A stretch of DNA of 61,048 nucleotides, filler included. It is 8 parts of 8 records of this genome, joined end to end, with 100 filler letters (N's around TTAATTAATTAA, not from the genome) between each part and the next. Parts side by side here need not be neighbours in the genome. Positions count along the whole stretch, not along the records: positions 1 to 10,937 come from SRR20825010_3010; 7 more parts are not named here. The stretch is one strand, 5' to 3'. This document shows, in pieces, positions 1-9,227 of the stretch. The first letter of the stretch is position 1. The number at the start of each line of letters is the position of its first letter. The notes under the pieces are model-generated. The model was not told the origin of the DNA. It searched no databases and was given only the letters and a program-made list of their open reading frames with translations. Both the position numbers and the translations under genes were made by a program.

Positions 1-56
1 TGACCAGTCAGAAAACTTGCCGGCTTGGCGCGCCGAATTGGCTTGAACCTTGCACC

Positions 57-839
57 CTACTGCGCCACCCATCCGCCATCCATGTTCCACGCCACGCCAC
101 GCACTTCCTGCGCATCGTCTGAACACAGAAACACCACCAAGCCGCCCAGCTGCTCAGGCGTCACAAATTCCTGAGAAGGCTGCTTCTCGCTTAACAAGCC
201 GATCTTGGCCTGCTCAACTGAAACACCTTCCTTCTGTGCACGCGCATCCACCTGTGCCTGCACCAGCGGTGTAAGCACCCAACCTGGGCACACTGCATTG
301 CAGGTAATGCCGGTTTTTGCGTTTTCCAAAGCCACCACCTTGGTCAACCCCACAATGCCATGCTTGGCCGCCACATACGCTGACTTGTTGGCAGAGGCCA
401 CCAAACCGTGCGCCGAAGCAATGTTCACAATTCGCCCCCAGTTGCGTGCCTGCATACCAGGCAACACCAAGCGGCTTGTGTGAAATGCTGCACTAAGATT
501 TATCGCAATCACCGCATCCCATTTCGCAGGATCAAAACTTTCAACAGGCGCAACATGCTGAATACCGGCATTGTTCACCAGCACATTCACGCTGCCAAAC
601 AGGGCTTGCGTGCTTGCCACCAAATCTTCAACCTCGGAAGGCTTGCTCAAGTCTGCGCCGTGATAACCCACCTTCACGCCATGCGCAGAAATACTTTGCC
701 TGGCTGCCTCGATCTGTTCAGGAGAGCCAAAACCATTGAGCATCACATTCACGCCCTTGGCCGCCAAACGCTGGGCGATACCCAAACCAATTCCACTGGT
801 CGAACCTGTGACCAATGCATTCATGTTCTTAAAATCCAC
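57..839 (-). CDS. bdhA: 3-hydroxybutyrate dehydrogenase (SDR family)
   Basis: TGSTSGIG NAD-binding motif, NNAGIQHV, catalytic YVAAKHG and LLSEKQPS segment typical of HBDH; GTG start after GAGG. Confidence 0.93.
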   Translation of the reverse strand: MDFKNMNALVTGSTSGIGLGIAQRLAAKGVNVMLNGFGSPEQIEAARQSISAHGVKVGYHGADLSKPSEVEDLVASTQALFGSVNVLVNNAGIQHVAPVESFDPAKWDAVIAINLSAAFHTSRLVLPGMQARNWGRIVNIASAHGLVASANKSAYVAAKHGIVGLTKVVALENAKTGITCNAVCPGWVLTPLVQAQVDARAQKEGVSVEQAKIGLLSEKQPSQEFVTPEQLGGLVVFLCSDDAQEVRGVAWNMDGGWVAQ

Positions 840-908
840 AGAGGAACCTCTTTCAATAATAAAACTCTGAAATACTGACTAAAACAATGACACGGAGGGT
901 ATTGAACA

Positions 909-1769
909 ATGCTGACAGCGCGCTTTCACACCGTGCAATGGCTTAGCCCGACTGGCCTTCACAAACTAGCCTACCGCGAATGGGGCGATCCCGACAACCC
1001 ACATGTACTGCTGTGCGTGCATGGCCTGACGCGCAGCAGCGCAGATTTCGAAGAGCTGGCTCAAGATCTGGGGAAAGACTTGCGTGTGGTGGCTGCAGAC
1101 ATGCCTGGGCGCGGTGCATCGGACTGGTTGCCCGACCCCACCCAGTACGCCGTGCCCACCTATGTGAACGCCTGCGTGGCCTTGGTGGCCCGTTTGAACC
1201 CAGGGACACTGGACTGGCTGGGCACATCGATGGGCGGCTTGATCGGCATGGGCTACGCCAGCTTGCCCAATAACCCAATCCGCAAATTGATCATGAATGA
1301 CGTCGGCCCCAGCCTGAGTTTTTCTGCGCTGCAACGTATCGGCGACTACGTTGGAAAACCGCTTCACTTTCAGTCACTTGAAGATGCACGTACCTACATT
1401 CGAACCATTTCCCAGCCCTTTGGGCCACACAGCGACGCGCAATGGAACGCATTGACCGATTCTGTGCTGGTACAAAAAGACGGTCACTGGACGACCCACT
1501 ACGACCCGGCGATCGGGCAGTCCTTCCAGAACCTGTCAGAATCTGCTACCCGCTTGAATGAAACTGCGCTGTGGGCAGCCTACGATGCCATCAAGGCTGA
1601 AACCTTGATAGTGCGGGGGGAACATTCGGACTTGTTGAGCCACAAAACTGTGGAAGAGATGCGTCAACGTGGCCCAAAACCGCACGTTATCGAGGTGGCT
1701 GGCGTAGGCCACGCCCCTACTTTCATGCAGAACGATCAAATTCACATTGTTCGCGATTTTTTGTTTTAA
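909..1769 (+). CDS. alpha/beta hydrolase, probable 3-hydroxybutyrate-oligomer hydrolase (PhaZc/PhaY2-like)
   Basis: CVHGLTR oxyanion segment, GTSMGG nucleophile elbow, C-terminal GVGHAP; divergent from bdhA and upstream of relA, as in Cupriavidus. Confidence 0.75.
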   Translation: MLTARFHTVQWLSPTGLHKLAYREWGDPDNPHVLLCVHGLTRSSADFEELAQDLGKDLRVVAADMPGRGASDWLPDPTQYAVPTYVNACVALVARLNPGTLDWLGTSMGGLIGMGYASLPNNPIRKLIMNDVGPSLSFSALQRIGDYVGKPLHFQSLEDARTYIRTISQPFGPHSDAQWNALTDSVLVQKDGHWTTHYDPAIGQSFQNLSESATRLNETALWAAYDAIKAETLIVRGEHSDLLSHKTVEEMRQRGPKPHVIEVAGVGHAPTFMQNDQIHIVRDFLF

Positions 1770-1799
1770 ACTGGCTTCATTAAGTCTACCCAAGCACCT

Positions 1800-4082
1800 A
1801 TGGTTTCAGTTTCTTCAACATTGGGTTCAGAAAAAAAAGGCACGGCTTCAGCGCCAGCCTTGGTGTTGCTGAACAAATTCGACGCTGCACGCGTTGAGGA
1901 AGCGCTGAACTACGCACGCATTCACGCAGCAGACCACATTCTTGACACGCAAGAATCCGCGATTGTCCACATGCTGGCTGTGGCTGATTTACTGGCAGAA
2001 TTAAGGGCAGATGCCAACACCCGAATCGCCGGTGCCTTGGGCCCCTTGGTGTTTTTCGACAAGCACCTTGAAAGCCACATGGAGAAAAAGTTTGGCGACG
2101 AGGTAGGCCGCATGCTGGCCAGCCTGCGCAAGCTGTTCAAAATGCGCTCCATGGTAGGGCCAAGCGCCACCCGCAACACCATTGAAACATTGCGCTGGGC
2201 CGATCAAATTGAAACACTGCGCAAAATGTTGTTGGCCATGTCCACCGACATTCGCGTCATCATGATTCGCCTGTGTTCACGCCTGCAAACCTTGCGGCAT
2301 TTCACCAGCCACGAGGACATCAAGAACGAAAAGGGCTCGCTGTGGCCCTATGCCATATCGCATGCACAAGAAACCCTCGACCTGTACGCGCCATTGGCCA
2401 ACAGGCTGGGTTTGTGGCAGCTGAAGTGGGAACTGGAGGATTTGTCGTTCCGCATTCTTCAGCCCAACACCTACAAGAATGTCGCGAAAATGCTGGATGA
2501 AAAACGCACTGAACGCGAAGCGTTCATTGAGTCGGCCATGGGCAGCATCAAGGAAAACCTGCTACTTGCCGGTATTCACTGCGAAATCACGGGGCGGCCC
2601 AAGCACATTTACAGCATCTGGAACAAAATGCGTGGCAAGGGCCTTAGTTTCGACAAGTTATACGATGTACGCGCCTGCCGCGTGATCGTGGACACAGTCG
2701 ACGACTGCTACACCACCTTGAGCATTGTTCACAATTTGTGGACCCCCATTCCCGAAGAATTCGACGACTACATCAGCAAGCCCAAACCCAACGGCTACCA
2801 AAGCCTGCACACGGTTGTGCAGGATGAAACCGGCAAAACACTTGAGGTGCAGATTCGCACAGAATCCATGCACCAGTTTGCGGAATACGGCGTGGCCGCG
2901 CATTGGCGCTACAAAGAATCCGGCAAAGACGGCTACACAGGTGAAAGCCGCGCGGAAGGCCAATTTGAAGAACGTATTGCCCTGCTGCGGCAACTGCTGG
3001 CCTGGCAAAAAGACGTGACCGACACCATGGGTGAGGCCAGCGACTGGGCGCAGGAAATGAAAACAAGCGCCCTCAATGACAGGGTGTACGTGTTCACGCC
3101 CCATGCCAAAGTCGTTGAACTACCCACCGGCAGCACACCGCTTGATTTCGCCTACCATGTGCACACCGAACTTGGCCATCGCTGCCGCGGTGCAAAAGTG
3201 AACGGGCAGATGGTGCAATTGAACACACCGCTGGACAATGGGCAAACCGTTGAGATTGTCAGCGCACGTGGCGATGCGGCCACAGGGCCATCGCGTGACT
3301 GGCTGAACCCGACCCAAAAGTATTTGGTCAGCCACCGGGCCCGCCAAAAGGTAAAGCAGTGGTTTGCGCAACAAGAGCGCAAGGAAACCCTGGAAAGGGG
3401 CCGTACAATTGTGGAACGGGAACTGCAACGGATTGGGCAAACAGCCCAAAACCTGGACACACTGGCGCACAAGTTGGGGTTTGATAAACCCGACGACCTT
3501 TACGTGGCATTGGCCCGCGAAGAAATTCGCCCACGTGCCATTGAAAACGCGCTTCGCAGCGAACAGGCCCCAAGCGGCCCCTTGTCAGAAGAAGAACAAC
3601 TTGAAATTCTGAACAAAAGAAAACCGGGCAGCACCACCAAGGAATCGGGCGTACTGGTGGTAGGTGTCAGCACATTGATGACAAACTTGGCGCGCTGTTG
3701 TCGCCCTGCCCCGCCCGACCCCATCATAGGCTTCGTAACCCGCGGCAAAGGTGTATCCATTCACCGGCTGGGTTGCTCCAATTTGGCCGAAGTCATGCGC
3801 CGTCAGCCGGAACGGCTGATTGAAACAACCTGGGGCGAATCTTCAGGCTTGCATTACCCGGTGGACATTGCCGTAACGGCCAACGACCGCCAAGGCCTGC
3901 TGCGAGACATCACCGAAGTATTTTCCAAAGACAAAATCAACGTGATTGGTGTGCAAACGGAAACGCAGCGTGGCGTGGCCAAAATGCAGTTCACCGCTGA
4001 GGTTGGCAGCGGTGAACAACTTCGTGGGGCGCTTAGCCACCTGCTGGAAATCAATGGCGTGTTTGAGGTAAGGCGGCGCTAA
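1800..4082 (+). CDS. relA: (p)ppGpp synthetase RelA
   Basis: YAPLANRLG, GRPKHIYSI, EFDDY (ExDD), NGYQSLHT, TGS domain, CCRPAP zinc finger, C-terminal ACT; HD hydrolase motif is degenerate. Confidence 0.95.
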   Translation: MVSVSSTLGSEKKGTASAPALVLLNKFDAARVEEALNYARIHAADHILDTQESAIVHMLAVADLLAELRADANTRIAGALGPLVFFDKHLESHMEKKFGDEVGRMLASLRKLFKMRSMVGPSATRNTIETLRWADQIETLRKMLLAMSTDIRVIMIRLCSRLQTLRHFTSHEDIKNEKGSLWPYAISHAQETLDLYAPLANRLGLWQLKWELEDLSFRILQPNTYKNVAKMLDEKRTEREAFIESAMGSIKENLLLAGIHCEITGRPKHIYSIWNKMRGKGLSFDKLYDVRACRVIVDTVDDCYTTLSIVHNLWTPIPEEFDDYISKPKPNGYQSLHTVVQDETGKTLEVQIRTESMHQFAEYGVAAHWRYKESGKDGYTGESRAEGQFEERIALLRQLLAWQKDVTDTMGEASDWAQEMKTSALNDRVYVFTPHAKVVELPTGSTPLDFAYHVHTELGHRCRGAKVNGQMVQLNTPLDNGQTVEIVSARGDAATGPSRDWLNPTQKYLVSHRARQKVKQWFAQQERKETLERGRTIVERELQRIGQTAQNLDTLAHKLGFDKPDDLYVALAREEIRPRAIENALRSEQAPSGPLSEEEQLEILNKRKPGSTTKESGVLVVGVSTLMTNLARCCRPAPPDPIIGFVTRGKGVSIHRLGCSNLAEVMRRQPERLIETTWGESSGLHYPVDIAVTANDRQGLLRDITEVFSKDKINVIGVQTETQRGVAKMQFTAEVGSGEQLRGALSHLLEINGVFEVRRR

Positions 4083-4104
4083 AGGTTGCAACCGCCTTCA
4101 TGAA

Positions 4105-6243
4105 TCAGGAAGGATCTGCCGGGCCAAACACGTTCTGCTCTACAAACGAAGCGGCCAGTGTTCGCAAAAGATGATTTTGCGAATTCATCTGCCGGGCACC
4201 CGATGGTTTTCTGCGCGTGTAGTTGCCCTGCGCATCCATGGTCCAGGCCAGAATATTGTCAGCCAGCAACAGTTTCAAACCCTCGTCGATTACCCGTTTC
4301 TTAAGCTTCCTGTCGGTAATCGGCACGGCCAATTCCACGCGGCGGAAAAAATTGCGGTCCATCCAGTCGGCACTGGAAATGTAAACCTCGTCCGCCCCAT
4401 CGTTGCTGAAATAAAACACACGGCTGTGCTCCAGCAAACGCCCAACGACTGACCTCACCGTGATGTTCTCGCTCAAACCCGGTACACCGGGGCGCAAGGC
4501 ACACACACCCCGCACAATCAAATCAATTTTTACACCTGCTTGTGAAGCCGCATAAAGCTCGTTGATCAAATGTGGTTCAAGCAAGGCATTCATGCGGGCG
4601 ATGATGCGACACTTCTTTCCAGCCTTGGCCAGCTCCGCTTCCTTGCGCACGGCAATCACCACATTGCTGTGAAGGTTAAACGGGGAATTCCAGATTTTGT
4701 TCAGCTTGCGCGCACGGCCCAAACCCGTAAGGTGATTGAACACCTCGTGCACATCATGACCCAAAGATTCGTCACATGAAAACAAACCAAAATCGGTGTA
4801 AAGCCGTGCCGTTCTGGGGTGGTAGTTCCCTGTACCCAAATGCACATAACGGCGCAACAACACCTTGCCGGTTTCCGTTTTTTCGCGGCGTACCACCATC
4901 AGCATTTTGGCGTGGGTTTTCTGCCCCACCACGCCATACACCACATGGGCACCCACGCGTTCCAGTTTCGAAGCCCAATTGATATTGGCCTCCTCATCAA
5001 AACGCGCCATCAATTCCAGCACCACGGTAACCTCTTTGCCACTGCGTGCCGCAGCCAGCAGGCTTTCCATCAACACGGATTCCGTGCCCGTGCGGTAAAT
5101 GGTCTGCTTGATGGCCACCACATCGGGATCAGTTGCTGCTTTTTTAATAAACTCAAGCACCGGGCTGAAACTTTGATAAGGATGATGCAGCAACACATCG
5201 CCTTTTTGAATGGCCTTGAAAATGTCAGGCTGCTTGACCAAGGCTTCAGGACGACCGGGCGTAAACGGAGCAAACTTCAAATCCGGACGGTCTACCCAGT
5301 CGGGCAGCTGCATCAGCCGCACCAAATTTACTGGCCCATTCACTCGGTAAAGTGCCTGTTCAGGCAATCCAAATTCCTTGAGCAAACGAGCGGTCATGTC
5401 GGGTGTGGTTTGATCCGACACCTCCAGACGAACAGCATCGCCAAAGTGACGCTGCGACAATTCCCCCTGCAAGGCCACCCGCAGGTTGGTAATTTCCTCT
5501 TCGTCCACATACAGATCGCTGTTGCGGGTTACGCGGAACTGGTACACCCCGTGTACTTCCATACCCGGAAACAATTCCGGAATGAAAGCCTGCAGAATCG
5601 AGGTCAGCATCACAAAGCCATGTTCATAACCCGACAGGTTCGATGGCATGCGGATCAATCGCGGCAAGGCTCGGGGTGCCTGCACAATGGCCACATTCGA
5701 CGCACGCCCGAACGCATCATGCCCGGTCAATTCGACAGCAAAATTCAACGACTTGTTCAACACCCTGGGAAAGGGGTGCGCGGGGTCCAGGCCAATTGGC
5801 GTGAGCACGGGCAACACCTCATGCCTGAAATACTGGCGGGCCCAATGTGCCTGTTCTTCGTTCCAGGTGGCAAGGGTCATCAACGCAATTCCCTGATCAC
5901 GCAGTGCGGGCAACACCGAATCGTTCAACAAACAGTATTGTTGTGCCACGATTTCCTGAGACAGCGCCGACACACGCTGCAATGTTTCCAGCGCACTCAA
6001 GCCATCGTCGTCTTTGAATTCCGGGTTCTGGCGAATTTGCTCCTGCAAGCCAGACACCCGGATTTCAAAAAATTCATCCATATTGCTGGACACAATGCAA
6101 AGGTATTTCAACCGTTCCAGCAAGGGGACTCGCTCGTCTTCTGCCATGGCCAACACCCTGCGGTTGAAAGCCAAAACCCCCAATTCACGGTTCAGGTACA
6201 GGTCTTTGTTGGGGGCTACATCAGAAACAGCAGCAACTTTCAA
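4105..6243 (-). CDS. ppk1: polyphosphate kinase 1
   Basis: YLNRELG, DEFFEIRV, AHPFP, LHHPY, KTHAK, HLGTGNY, SADWMDRN; start moved from 6279 to TTG at 6243, which follows a GGAG RBS. Confidence 0.95.
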   Translation of the reverse strand: MKVAAVSDVAPNKDLYLNRELGVLAFNRRVLAMAEDERVPLLERLKYLCIVSSNMDEFFEIRVSGLQEQIRQNPEFKDDDGLSALETLQRVSALSQEIVAQQYCLLNDSVLPALRDQGIALMTLATWNEEQAHWARQYFRHEVLPVLTPIGLDPAHPFPRVLNKSLNFAVELTGHDAFGRASNVAIVQAPRALPRLIRMPSNLSGYEHGFVMLTSILQAFIPELFPGMEVHGVYQFRVTRNSDLYVDEEEITNLRVALQGELSQRHFGDAVRLEVSDQTTPDMTARLLKEFGLPEQALYRVNGPVNLVRLMQLPDWVDRPDLKFAPFTPGRPEALVKQPDIFKAIQKGDVLLHHPYQSFSPVLEFIKKAATDPDVVAIKQTIYRTGTESVLMESLLAAARSGKEVTVVLELMARFDEEANINWASKLERVGAHVVYGVVGQKTHAKMLMVVRREKTETGKVLLRRYVHLGTGNYHPRTARLYTDFGLFSCDESLGHDVHEVFNHLTGLGRARKLNKIWNSPFNLHSNVVIAVRKEAELAKAGKKCRIIARMNALLEPHLINELYAASQAGVKIDLIVRGVCALRPGVPGLSENITVRSVVGRLLEHSRVFYFSNDGADEVYISSADWMDRNFFRRVELAVPITDRKLKKRVIDEGLKLLLADNILAWTMDAQGNYTRRKPSGARQMNSQNHLLRTLAASFVEQNVFGPADPS

Positions 6244-6277
6244 ACAAAACTCCAAAAAAACGGTGCAATTACCCATC

Positions 6278-6311
6278 ATGGTATTTCAAAAATATGACAA
6301 TCATTTGAAAG
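6278..6311 (-). promoter_or_regulatory. Pho box plus -10 element for ppk1
   Basis: minus strand CTTTCAA-ATGA-TTGTCAT (6311-6294), then 10 nt, then TACCAT (6283-6278). Confidence 0.6.
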
Positions 6312-6389
6312 TCGTCAAATGCGGACACACAAAGCCAGTGTGCCGCATTTGTGGCATCCTAGCGCCTGACCCGAACCATAGACCACGCA

Positions 6390-7889
6390 ATGTCCAAGCC
6401 TCGCCAGTTGATTGCTGCCGTTGACATGGGCTCGAGCAGCTTTCGCATGATTGTTGCCCGAGTCGAAGAACTCAACGGCCAATCACAAATTTATATCATC
6501 GACACCCTGCGGGAACACGTCCGTTTGGGTGCAGGCTTAGATGCCCGGAAATGCCTGGACGATGCCTCCCAGGAACGCGCCTTGGGTGCCCTGAGCCGGT
6601 TTGGAGAGCGTTTGCGTTCATTCAAGCCTGGCGAAGTAAGGGCTGTGGCCACCAATGCGGTGCGTGTAGCCCGCAACGCCAGCGAATTTATCGCCAAGGC
6701 CGAGAAGGCCCTGGGCTTTCCCATTGATGTCATTTCCGGCGTGGAAGAAGCCCGCCTGGTGTACTGCGGCGTGGCGCATCAATTACCAATCGGCCAAGGC
6801 CGGCGGCTGGTTGTCGATATTGGTGGCGGTTCTACCGAATTCATTATCGGTGAAGACTACGAACCCGAAGCCATGGAAAGCCTGTACATCGGCTGTGTAA
6901 GCACGGCACAGCAATACTTTGCCGATGGCAGCATCAGCCCCAAAAGCATGAAAAATGCCATCATGGCTGCCCGCAAGGAAGTCGCCGTATTGCGCAGGCA
7001 AATGCTTGACATGGGCTGGACCCATGCCATTGGTTCTTCCGGTACAGCCCGCGCACTGGCAGAAATCTGCGTGTCCAACGGTTTCACGCAGCACGGCATT
7101 TCTGCTGATGGCCTGCAATTGATTCGGGAACATGTCACCGCGGCAGGCCACCTGGACAACGTGACCCTGGAAGGCTTGAAGGTGGATCGCCTGCCAATGA
7201 TGCCCGGTGGGCTGGCCGTGATGAGCGCCGTTTTCGAAGAACTGGAAATTGAGCACATGGACGTGACCGATGGCGCGCTGCGTCAAGGCTTGCTCTACGA
7301 CATGCTGGGGCGCCAGCACAACGACGACATGCGTGAAATTACCGTGGCGCAGTTCATTCACCGTTACAAAATCGACGGAAAACATGCATTCAAAGTCAGG
7401 GAACTGGCTGAATTGCTGTTCAAACAGCTGATCCGGCAACTGCCGGAACTGAAGGAACAACTGCCCATGTTGCAATGGGCCGCCATGCTGCATGAAATTG
7501 GCCTGTCGATCGGCCACAACAGCCATCACAAACATGCCGCCTACATTTTAGGCAATGCCGACATGCCGGGGTTTTCAAAACGCGAGCAAATGATGCTGTC
7601 CACTTGGGTATTGGCGCACAACGGCAAACTGGGCAAGGTCAGCGAAATTGCCAACACCGCCATTCAATGGGCAGCACCCATGTGTCTGCGGCTGGCAGCC
7701 TTGTTTTTGCGCCGCCGCGAAGTGGAAGCCCTGCCCGAGCTGAAAGTGAAACTGCTGGGCAACGGCATTCAGATCAGCGTGCCCAAGAACTGGCTGTTGA
7801 CCCACCCTTTGACCCAGTACAGCCTTGAAACAGAAGTGGAGCAATGGCTGCGAATTGGGCTCGATCTCGAACTGCTGACCAGGCGGTAG
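6390..7889 (+). CDS. ppx: exopolyphosphatase, Ppx/GppA family
   Basis: AVDMGSSSFR, VATNAVR, ISGVEEARL, DIGGGSTE, GALRQG, C-terminal HD-like LHEIG; divergent from ppk1. Confidence 0.93.
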   Translation: MSKPRQLIAAVDMGSSSFRMIVARVEELNGQSQIYIIDTLREHVRLGAGLDARKCLDDASQERALGALSRFGERLRSFKPGEVRAVATNAVRVARNASEFIAKAEKALGFPIDVISGVEEARLVYCGVAHQLPIGQGRRLVVDIGGGSTEFIIGEDYEPEAMESLYIGCVSTAQQYFADGSISPKSMKNAIMAARKEVAVLRRQMLDMGWTHAIGSSGTARALAEICVSNGFTQHGISADGLQLIREHVTAAGHLDNVTLEGLKVDRLPMMPGGLAVMSAVFEELEIEHMDVTDGALRQGLLYDMLGRQHNDDMREITVAQFIHRYKIDGKHAFKVRELAELLFKQLIRQLPELKEQLPMLQWAAMLHEIGLSIGHNSHHKHAAYILGNADMPGFSKREQMMLSTWVLAHNGKLGKVSEIANTAIQWAAPMCLRLAALFLRRREVEALPELKVKLLGNGIQISVPKNWLLTHPLTQYSLETEVEQWLRIGLDLELLTRR

Positions 7890-7903
7890 CCCCGCACAAC
7901 AGC

Positions 7904-8704
7904 CTAGATAAACCCGAAATGCCGCGCATACCTCGGGCTCATGCGGTCAATCGACAACAGCATCATGAAGTCAGCGGTATTGAAATCAGGATCCCAGGCA
8001 GGCTCGCCGCACACCACGGCGCCCAGGCGCAAATAACCTTTCACCAAGGGTGGCGGTTCAATTTCCACATCACAGCGCAAGCGCTCTACCGGCAAGCGGT
8101 TTTTGGGAAACACCTGGCAACTGGCCTCAGCCAGGTGCGGTTCAAGCTGTTTGAACAAGCTGGCGGCCTGGTGACCACCATCGCGCAGGCTGACGCTTGC
8201 ACAACCGATCAGGTGCTTGTAGCCACCCAGCTTCATGTACTGCGCGATACCGCTCCACAGCAGCATGATTGCGGCCCCATTGCGGTAATCCGGGTGCACA
8301 CAGGACCTGCCTACTTCAACGGTGGTTTTGCGCAAACGCTCAATGCGGTTCATGAAAAACTCGGTTTCCGAATACCAGCACTTCAGGCGCGCAGCATTTT
8401 CAGGTGCAAGAATGCGGTAAGTACCCACAACCTCACCCGTTTGGCTGTTTCTTACAAGAAGGTGATCACAGTAGGCATCAAACACATCATGATCAATCCC
8501 GTTACTACCCAGATCTGCACCATATTCTTCAGAAAAAATGTTGAATCGTAATTTTTGGGCTTCCAGCACCTCAGCGGCGGTTTTGGCCAGACACACCTCC
8601 AGAGAAGGCGCCTGTGCGCGGGCCGGGCTGCTCAGGTAAAGGGCGTTGCGCAAAGCATCCTGCTTGGTTACATCCTGCTTGATCGCTTCCATCCATCGGT
8701 CCAT
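7904..8704 (-). CDS. olsB: GNAT N-acyltransferase, ornithine lipid synthase OlsB-like
   Basis: AQKLRF.IF.EE, D.FD..CDHLLV, GTYR, EVGRSCVHPDYR, PPLVKGYLRLGA, DPDFNTAD; Pho boxes upstream. Confidence 0.8.
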   Translation of the reverse strand: MDRWMEAIKQDVTKQDALRNALYLSSPARAQAPSLEVCLAKTAAEVLEAQKLRFNIFSEEYGADLGSNGIDHDVFDAYCDHLLVRNSQTGEVVGTYRILAPENAARLKCWYSETEFFMNRIERLRKTTVEVGRSCVHPDYRNGAAIMLLWSGIAQYMKLGGYKHLIGCASVSLRDGGHQAASLFKQLEPHLAEASCQVFPKNRLPVERLRCDVEIEPPPLVKGYLRLGAVVCGEPAWDPDFNTADFMMLLSIDRMSPRYARHFGFI

Positions 8705-8724
8705 TTTTCATTTCGATGACACGA

Positions 8725-8780
8725 AATGTACGGGCCAGATATGACAGATCGATAAAAGAAATATGAAGAAAAGGTGACTG
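8725..8780 (-). promoter_or_regulatory. tandem Pho boxes plus -10 element for olsB
   Basis: four heptamers at exact 11-nt spacing (CAGTCAC, TCTTCAT, CTTTTAT, CTGTCAT), then 10 nt, then TACATT. Confidence 0.7.
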
Positions 8781-8795
8781 AACTGAAAATGTTAC

Positions 8796-8823
8796 TTGAC
8801 AAGCCTCAGGAAAAGCCTAAACT
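8796..8823 (+). promoter_or_regulatory. sigma70 promoter of cspA
   Basis: TTGACA (8796-8801), 16 nt, TAAACT (8818-8823). Confidence 0.6.
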
Positions 8824-8958
8824 GGCTTCAGCAAAAAAAATTTGGCGCTACTTCAGGTCAGTTCAATTCAGGCAAACCGCTTAAGCAATAGTTCTGTTTC
8901 TCGAATTTCACCCAGTTTTTTAGCTATTTTGTTCAATTCAGAAATCCAGGATATTGCT

Positions 8959-9168
8959 ATGTCTGATACCGTAACCGGTCAAGTTAAATTTTTCAACGAA
9001 TCCAAAGGCTTTGGCTTCATTTCCCGTGAAAACGGTCCTGACGTGTTCGTTCACTTCAGTGCCATTCAGGGCAACGGCTTCAAAACCTTGGCTGAAGGCC
9101 AAAAAGTGTCTTTCACTGTGACTCAAGGTCAGAAAGGCCCACAAGCTGAAAACGTAACAGCGCTGTAA
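8959..9168 (+). CDS. cspA: cold-shock protein (69 aa)
   Basis: RNP1 KGFGFI and RNP2 VFVHFSAI; true start is the ATG at 8959, not 8842. Confidence 0.95.
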   Translation: MSDTVTGQVKFFNESKGFGFISRENGPDVFVHFSAIQGNGFKTLAEGQKVSFTVTQGQKGPQAENVTAL

Positions 9169-9182
9169 TTTTCGCGTCTGTG

Positions 9183-9210
9183 AAAAAGCCACCTTCGGGT
9201 GGCTTTTTTT
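9183..9210. terminator. bidirectional intrinsic terminator
   Basis: AAAAAGCCACC-TTCG-GGTGGCTTTTTTT between convergent genes. Confidence 0.9.
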
Positions 9211-9227
9211 ATTTGAACGCTGTCTTT

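Noticed and set aside
4819-6297. 492-aa plus-strand ORF
   Set aside because: Antisense shadow of ppk1 with no motifs; expected from codon bias
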